Assembly: GCA_963735035.1 (NCBI GenBank)
Contig: CAVTJJ010000004.1
Span: forward strand, 1,152,001 to 1,216,000
DNA: 64,000 bases
Direction: 5' to 3'
Origin: an uncultured candidate division Zixibacteria bacterium
GTDB taxonomy: Bacteria; Zixibacteria; MSB-5A5; GN15; FEB-12
Both the position numbers and the translations under genes were made by a program. The notes below the pieces were generated by a model, which worked only from the letters and a program-made list of their open reading frames with translations, ran no database searches and was not told where the DNA came from. Position 1 is the first letter of the stretch. Each line of letters begins with the position of its first letter. This document shows positions 58,641 to 64,000 of the stretch, in pieces.

Positions 58641-60242
58641 ATGTCCTTGGTGAAAGGTCGCCAGATGAGACACAAACTCAGACTTGCGATTGTCCTGATG
58701 CTGGGCCTCGGGTCGGTCGCGGTCGCACAGACCGATCCGGCAACGGCGGGTTCGGCTGCGGTCGTACAGCCGGGAGCCGAGGTTCGAGCCGTCTCGCCCC
58801 CTGCCCCGATAACCAACCTGCAGGCAGTCGACAAGAAGGATGACCATGGTCACGCTATCACGTTGACCTGGACGAAATCGGCTGACGACGGCGCAGGCGC
58901 CAACTCGGTTATCTCGTACGAAATCCAGCGCTGGTTTCCGTTCCAGATGGACGTAGTCGAGTCGCTGCGTAAAGATTTGGCGGCCACACGGGACGCCGTC
59001 AGAGCCTTCCGAATCGATCTGCCTCGGGCGGAGCGGGCGCTCGAAGAACTCCGCGAGGATCCGGGCAAGCTGAATACGATTCGATTTCAGGTAGCCAGAC
59101 CACCTGATACGAGCTTCAAACCAACGGTCGACTATGCGATCAAGAAGCTCGAAGATACTATCGGGTATATGCGCGACAATCGGCCGCTCCTGATGAGTCG
59201 GATAAAGCCAATGCAGCAGGATCTTGACAAGGCGCTTGATCGTCTGCCTGAGGCACATGTCGCTTATCCCAAAGACGGGGAATGGCGATCGGTAGGGAAG
59301 GCCCTGGTGGGAGCCACCAGCTTTGACAACGTCGGTTCTAAAGATAATTTGTCGGCCGACTACTTTCCCGACTATACCGATCTGTACTACCGGGTACAGG
59401 CTGCCACGGCCGATGCGTCGGTAAAGTCGGTCGCGGTCACGGTTGGTCCGATCCAGAGCCGGGGGCAGTGGATTCACATGGGCAAGCTCCCGGTGCTCGG
59501 TTTCGTGCTGCTGTTCTTTGTTCTCACCGTGACTTTTGTACAGAAGGCGAAGAGTGGGGCGGATCTTTACGTCAGACCACTGGCAGGAATTGAGGCTGTC
59601 GACGACGCCATCGGTCGCGCCACCGAGATGGGACGCCCCATACTCTACTTGCTCGGGATCGGGACTGCCACCGATGTATCCACTATCGCGTCGTTCTCGA
59701 TTCTGGGACGGGTTTCCAAGCGGGTGGCTGAATACCAGACACCGATTATTGTCCCCTGTTATGACCCGATCGTGATGGCGGTAGCTCAGGAAGTGGTTAA
59801 GTCATCGTATCTGGACGCCGCCCGGGCGGATGATTACAGGCAGGATTCGGTGTTCTTCGTTACGAACTATCAGTTCGCCTATGTGGCGGCGGTCAACGGC
59901 ATTATGCTTCGCGAGCGCCCCGCTACCAATATATACATGGGCAAATTCATGGCTGAGTCCTTGCTTCTGGCCGAGACCGGAACGCTGGCCGGGTCGATTC
60001 AGATCGCGGGCACCGATGAAATCGCTCAAATTCCATTCTTCATCGTGTCGTGTGACTATACCCTGATTGGTGAAGAACTCTACGCTGCGTCGGCGTATCT
60101 CGGCCGGGAGCCGGTGTTGCTCGGTTCGCTCAAGGCCCAGGACTGGGCCAAGGCCGTCGTGATGTTGATTGCCGTTATCGGGATGATCGGTACCGCTCTC
60201 GGCTGGGCCGATTTCGCACATTGGTTCCAGGTAACGGAGTAG
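58641..60242 (+). CDS. Cassette 3 subunit A: FN3-like domain with helical insert plus DUF6754-like domain
   Basis: RPLAGIEAVDDAIGRATEMG, LGSLKAQD; alternative start 58665. Confidence 0.85.
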   Translation: MSLVKGRQMRHKLRLAIVLMLGLGSVAVAQTDPATAGSAAVVQPGAEVRAVSPPAPITNLQAVDKKDDHGHAITLTWTKSADDGAGANSVISYEIQRWFPFQMDVVESLRKDLAATRDAVRAFRIDLPRAERALEELREDPGKLNTIRFQVARPPDTSFKPTVDYAIKKLEDTIGYMRDNRPLLMSRIKPMQQDLDKALDRLPEAHVAYPKDGEWRSVGKALVGATSFDNVGSKDNLSADYFPDYTDLYYRVQAATADASVKSVAVTVGPIQSRGQWIHMGKLPVLGFVLLFFVLTVTFVQKAKSGADLYVRPLAGIEAVDDAIGRATEMGRPILYLLGIGTATDVSTIASFSILGRVSKRVAEYQTPIIVPCYDPIVMAVAQEVVKSSYLDAARADDYRQDSVFFVTNYQFAYVAAVNGIMLRERPATNIYMGKFMAESLLLAETGTLAGSIQIAGTDEIAQIPFFIVSCDYTLIGEELYAASAYLGREPVLLGSLKAQDWAKAVVMLIAVIGMIGTALGWADFAHWFQVTE

Positions 60243-60254
60243 GAGGTAAACTGA

Positions 60255-61070
60255 ATGAAACAACAAGTGCCACGTCTAATAGTACTCGTATTTGGAGCGT
60301 TCCTCCTATTTCAATTCTTTGTTCCCCATGAATCGTCTGAGTGGATCTACGAATTCCTGCTCGATTGGACCATCATCATAGGTGTGTTCGCGCTTGCGGT
60401 AGGTATCTGGTCGATCTTCAACGTTCACGTCGAGAAGATTCGGACCAAGAAATTCGGCTGGAAGTACTCATACGTAACGCTGACCGGATTCGTTGCTATG
60501 GTGCTGTTCGGCATGACCAGCCAGAACGGTCAGGAATGGGGCTGGTTCTTTCCGTTCATAGCCGCGGCGATCCTGACGGTACTTATGATTGTGCAGGCCA
60601 GTGCCTCCAAGGGGAACGCCGGACCGTTTATCGGTGCCGCCTTGCTGTTCGTCGTCGCAGCGGCGGTCATTGCCTGGAGAGACAATACCTGGAGTTTCTA
60701 CTTCCAGACGCCGGTGCCGCTCCAATCCTTCATGTTCCGGAGGATGTTTGATAACGTTCTGATTTCGCTTCACGCCACGACGTTTTCGCTGCTGGCGTTC
60801 TTCATAGCGTCGGCGGCGTACCGATCTTTCCGGGCCCGCAACGTTATGGCCAGTCTGTTGCTCATCGCGGCGCTGGTAGTGATGTCCCGGTTCAACCCGT
60901 ATCTCGAACCACTCTTCGGCGAGAAAGTAAATCGGCTGTCGAACTGGCTGATGAACGTCCCCAACCTGGCGGCTCAGAGAGCGGTCATCATGGGGATCGG
61001 GCTGGGTATGGTGGCGACAGCGCTCAAGGTGGTGCTGGGTATTGAACGCAACTATATGGGCAAAGGATAA
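60255..61070 (+). CDS. Cassette 3 subunit B: membrane protein with two extra TMs
   Basis: LAFFIASAAYRSFRARN, PNLAAQRAVIMG...LGIERNYMG; AGGAGG RBS. Confidence 0.85.
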   Translation: MKQQVPRLIVLVFGAFLLFQFFVPHESSEWIYEFLLDWTIIIGVFALAVGIWSIFNVHVEKIRTKKFGWKYSYVTLTGFVAMVLFGMTSQNGQEWGWFFPFIAAAILTVLMIVQASASKGNAGPFIGAALLFVVAAAVIAWRDNTWSFYFQTPVPLQSFMFRRMFDNVLISLHATTFSLLAFFIASAAYRSFRARNVMASLLLIAALVVMSRFNPYLEPLFGEKVNRLSNWLMNVPNLAAQRAVIMGIGLGMVATALKVVLGIERNYMGKG

Positions 61071-61081
61071 GGAGTCCGGTC

Positions 61082-61969
61082 ATGAATATATTCGATAGAT
61101 TGATGCAGCTTGACCGGCGTTGGGTGTTCCTCTTTCTGGCGATTGTGTGTGTAATCGCCTACGCTTCCCAATTTGAGGTGCCCATTCTGGTTGAGCCCGA
61201 AGTGAAGGCTATTTTCACGTTCATCGATACCTTGCCCAAGGGGTCGGTGGTGTTTGTTCCAATGGATTACGATCCCGGCTCGATGGCGGAGCTGCATCCC
61301 ATGACTTATGCCATTGTCGAGCAATGCTGGCGCAAAGAGTTGAAGGTACTGATTACAGCGTTATCTCAGAACGGACCCGGCATGGCCGATCAGGCCATTC
61401 GGGAAATCGTCGACTCGCTGAAAATGCCCCGTACATACAATGGTGTGTCCTACCCGGCGCGGGAAATTGTCAACGGTGTTGACTACGTCTTCCTGGGCTA
61501 CAAGCCGTATCCGGCCATTGTTATCCTTGGCATGGGGCAGAATTTCCGCTTGCCGTTCCCGCTTGATTATTACGGGACGCCAATCGATTCGCTTCCAATG
61601 ATGCGAACGATTCAGAACTACAATGACATCGCCTGTGCGATCAATATCTCGGGCACGAACGCCACCGACTATTGGATATCGTACGGTCAGGGCAAGTTCG
61701 GATTCCCGCTGGCGATAGGTGTCACCGGCGTTTCGACGGCCCAGTATTATCCCTACTATGGCTCGCGGCAGATCTTCGGCATCATGGGTGGAATGCTGGG
61801 CGCGGCGGAGTATGAGGATCTATCCGATAATCCGGGCAACGCCAAGGATGCCATGCGCGTGCAGCTTTCGGCGCATCTGGTCATTATCGCCTTTGTCGTT
61901 ATGGGCAACATCGCGTACTTCGTGACCTTGCGAAAACGGAAACGCGGTCAAACGGAAGGAAGGAGGTAA
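61082..61969 (+). CDS. Cassette 3 subunit C: membrane-anchored alpha/beta-domain protein
   Basis: MDYDP...ELHPM, GVDYVFLGY, YPYY, GAAEYE, QLSAH...MGN, RKRKR tail. Confidence 0.85.
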   Translation: MNIFDRLMQLDRRWVFLFLAIVCVIAYASQFEVPILVEPEVKAIFTFIDTLPKGSVVFVPMDYDPGSMAELHPMTYAIVEQCWRKELKVLITALSQNGPGMADQAIREIVDSLKMPRTYNGVSYPAREIVNGVDYVFLGYKPYPAIVILGMGQNFRLPFPLDYYGTPIDSLPMMRTIQNYNDIACAINISGTNATDYWISYGQGKFGFPLAIGVTGVSTAQYYPYYGSRQIFGIMGGMLGAAEYEDLSDNPGNAKDAMRVQLSAHLVIIAFVVMGNIAYFVTLRKRKRGQTEGRR

Positions 61970-61973
61970 CGCC

Positions 61974-62807
61974 GTGGATTACACGACTTTCCTGTGGACA
62001 ACTGCCGGAGCCTTCCTGACGCTCTGCATCTTCTCGTTCTTGTACAAAGACAATCCTTTCTATAAGTTCGCCGAACATCTCTTCGCTGGACTCTCGGCCG
62101 GGTACTTCGCCATGATTCTATGGCACAACGGCCTGATTCCCAAGCTGATGTATGATCGCTTGGACGATGGCAACTGGTATTTCCTCTGGCTGGATTCGTC
62201 CAAGCCCTGGTTCCTGATTCCGGCGCTGCTAGGGGTTCTGATGTGGACCCGCTTCTCGCAGAAATACCAGTGGATATCGCGGTTCCCGCTCGCGATGTAT
62301 ATCGGCATCGGCGCCGGCATGGCGATACCTCTGGAGATGCGCGCCCGAGTGAACGAACAATTGTCGGCCATGATGCGCACGGCTCCATGGAATCAAGCTT
62401 ATTGGGACCACTTCTTCGGTAACGGCGGGTTCAACCTGCTTGACACGATGTCCGGTCTCTCGCAGTTGATCGTCTTCATAGGCGCCATCTGTGCTCTGGT
62501 GTACTTCTTCTTCTCGAAGGCCCATACCGGGGTCGTTGGGGGCATGGCCAAGTTCGGTATCTGGATATTGATGATCGGTTTTGGTGCGTCATTCGGTTTC
62601 ACCGTGATGGCGCGTGTATCGTTGTTCATCAACCGGATGCAGTTCCTTGACCAGCGGTGGATCAAGACCGCGACTGCTGAGGCCGCGCCATGGTGGTACC
62701 TGGGGATTCTACTCCTCGTGGTGACGGTGGCTGTGGTCTACGCGGTCTGGGAGATTGTTGCCTTCATGGGTCGCAAGAAGAACGCGGGCGCCAATCAAGC
62801 CGGCTGA
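61974..62807 (+). CDS. Cassette 3 subunit D: multi-TM membrane protein
   Basis: SFLYKDNPFYKFAEHLFAG, ISRFPLAM, FFFSKAHTG, MIGFGASFG; extra C-terminal TM. Confidence 0.85.
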   Translation: MDYTTFLWTTAGAFLTLCIFSFLYKDNPFYKFAEHLFAGLSAGYFAMILWHNGLIPKLMYDRLDDGNWYFLWLDSSKPWFLIPALLGVLMWTRFSQKYQWISRFPLAMYIGIGAGMAIPLEMRARVNEQLSAMMRTAPWNQAYWDHFFGNGGFNLLDTMSGLSQLIVFIGAICALVYFFFSKAHTGVVGGMAKFGIWILMIGFGASFGFTVMARVSLFINRMQFLDQRWIKTATAEAAPWWYLGILLLVVTVAVVYAVWEIVAFMGRKKNAGANQAG

Positions 62808-62833
62808 TCGAAAACAGACTGACGATTAATCTC

Positions 62834-62870
62834 GAAACCCTGCCTTTTCAGAGGCGGGGTTTCTTTTTTT
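62834..62870 (+). terminator. Rho-independent terminator closing the 12-gene operon
   Basis: GAAACCCTGCCT...AGGCGGGGTTTC followed by T7. Confidence 0.85.
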
Positions 62871-62886
62871 CGACGCACGAATATTC

Positions 62887-62916
62887 TTGACCCGCCCACA
62901 GGTTTAGTCGTATAAT
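62887..62916 (+). promoter_or_regulatory. sigma70-type promoter
   Basis: TTGACC-18 nt-TATAAT. Confidence 0.6.
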
Positions 62917-63224
62917 ACGATAGGAACCGTTGGCTGCTCTCTAACAGTAAGGGAATGGACTGCAATAGGTTGATGAAAGTCTACTCGTTCAGACATTTTC
63001 GACCGCTACAAATGTCAGTGTCCCAAGCGGTTGCAAATCGTCGAGAATGAGGCCGAAGTTAACCCGTTATTCGGTAGACGGATACTCGAAAAAAAATCGA
63101 GTAGGACTGAAGATTTTCCTTGACATACAGGCAAATATTTCCTTACATCGCGATGTGGAAGGGCGCTTGCGCCATGGATTTGTTTTAGGGTAGCAGAACT
63201 TACACAGGGAAAGTGAGGTGGCTG

Positions 63225-63572
63225 ATGGCTCGGACTAGTGTACCAGCCCAAGCCGAAAGCAACAGGGAAGCTGCCGACCAGAGAGAGGATCAGGCCAGAG
63301 TCAAAGCCCGCCTGTCAACGGCAGAGGCTCGACGCGATTATCAGCGGCGGTACTACCAGATGCACAAGGAAAAGGCTAAGGAGTACCAGCGTCAGTACAA
63401 TCTGACCCACAAGAAGAAGGCTCGGGTAGGGCGCGGCAAATCGAATATGCTGGCGTCACGCGAAGTCATTCGGGGAACCTTCAATACCGCTGACATCATG
63501 CACTCGCCGGTCGAAAAGACCCTGAAGATTCTGGAGAAGATCATCAGGGGCGAGCGAATGTTTACGATGTAA
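63225..63572 (+). CDS. Small basic helical hypothetical protein
   Basis: GAGGTG RBS before ATG 63225; RRDYQRRYYQMHKEKAKEYQRQY; followed by its own terminator. Confidence 0.75.
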   Translation: MARTSVPAQAESNREAADQREDQARVKARLSTAEARRDYQRRYYQMHKEKAKEYQRQYNLTHKKKARVGRGKSNMLASREVIRGTFNTADIMHSPVEKTLKILEKIIRGERMFTM

Positions 63573-63590
63573 GAGCCCGGCAGCAAGATT

Positions 63591-63632
63591 AAGGGCGACC
63601 GGAGGCATCGGAGTCTCGGCCGTCCTTTTTTA
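63591..63632 (+). terminator. Rho-independent terminator
   Basis: AAGGGCGACCGG...TCGGCCGTCCTT followed by a T-tract. Confidence 0.6.
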
Positions 63633-63715
63633 TTGCATTTCGGCCCGATCGCCTGTTACTTGCCGAAGCTAAATTGTGAATATAGCATGAGTTAGTGATA
63701 TTTACAGGGGGCGCT

Positions 63716-64000
63716 ATGGCGACACCTAAATCTACCGCGACTAAGGAAAAAACGCCGCGGAAAGTGAAAACTGAGACCAAAGGCAAGGATAAGGCCGAAA
63801 ATATGGTCACCGGAAAGAAATACTACTACTTCTTCGGCGGCGGCAAAGCCGAAGGCAACTCCGAGATGCGCGATCTTCTTGGCGGCAAAGGAGCCGGTCT
63901 CGCGGAGATGACCAATGCAGGTATCCCGGTTCCGCCGGGATTTACGATTACCACCGAAGTGTGTGCCGTCTACTACGATCACGGCATGAACCTTCCCAAA
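63716..64000 (+). CDS. ppdK: Pyruvate, phosphate dikinase, 5' part (runs off the window; absent from ORF track)
   Basis: Open frame MATPKST...[14 protein letters not shown]...[30 protein letters not shown]. Confidence 0.93.
   Translation, partial: MATPKSTATKEKTPRKVKTETKGKDKAENMVTGKKYYYFFGGGKAEGNSEMRDLLGGKGAGLAEMTNAGIPVPPGFTITTEVCAVYYDHGMNLPK

Noticed and set aside
51395..62807. Rnf/Nqr, Mrp, ABC or TRAP transporter assignment for the membrane cassettes
   Set aside because: No FMN-attachment S(T)GAT, Fe-S Cys motifs, Walker motifs or recognisable permease signatures

Overview
Gene-dense chromosomal window from a diderm bacterium. Several C-terminal 'NYPNPFNP...KMVLLK' sorting domains and PorV-like genes suggest an FCB-related lineage such as candidate phylum Zixibacteria (inference). 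Left part: frameshifted GT-C/TPR gene, secreted S8 and M6 proteases (M6 frameshifted), fur-feoA-feoB plus an uncalled Cys-rich small ORF, ecfT-truA-tal-purB-psd-pssA-purS-purQ-tatA, an FHA/phosphatase/CHASE2-kinase module, etfA, a PKD lipoprotein and a beta-propeller plus two PorV-like genes. Middle (32-47 kb): rdgB, murI, amidase, smpB, two receiver proteins, ligA and tol-pal, with intergenic spaces packed with mosaic REP-like hairpin repeats. Right part (47.1-62.8 kb) is the most notable. An orphan GlmL/MutL-like ASKHA ATPase operon with no glutamate mutase subunits is divergent from three tandem paralogous four-gene membrane cassettes (FN3+DUF6754-like protein, 6-TM protein, membrane-anchored soluble-domain protein, 6-TM protein) whose subunits appear to form inverted-topology pairs. 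This is a candidate uncharacterised ATP-linked membrane machine. The window ends in the 5' part of ppdK. No rRNA, tRNA, CRISPR array or transposase was recognised. Family names are recalled from motifs, not from database searches.
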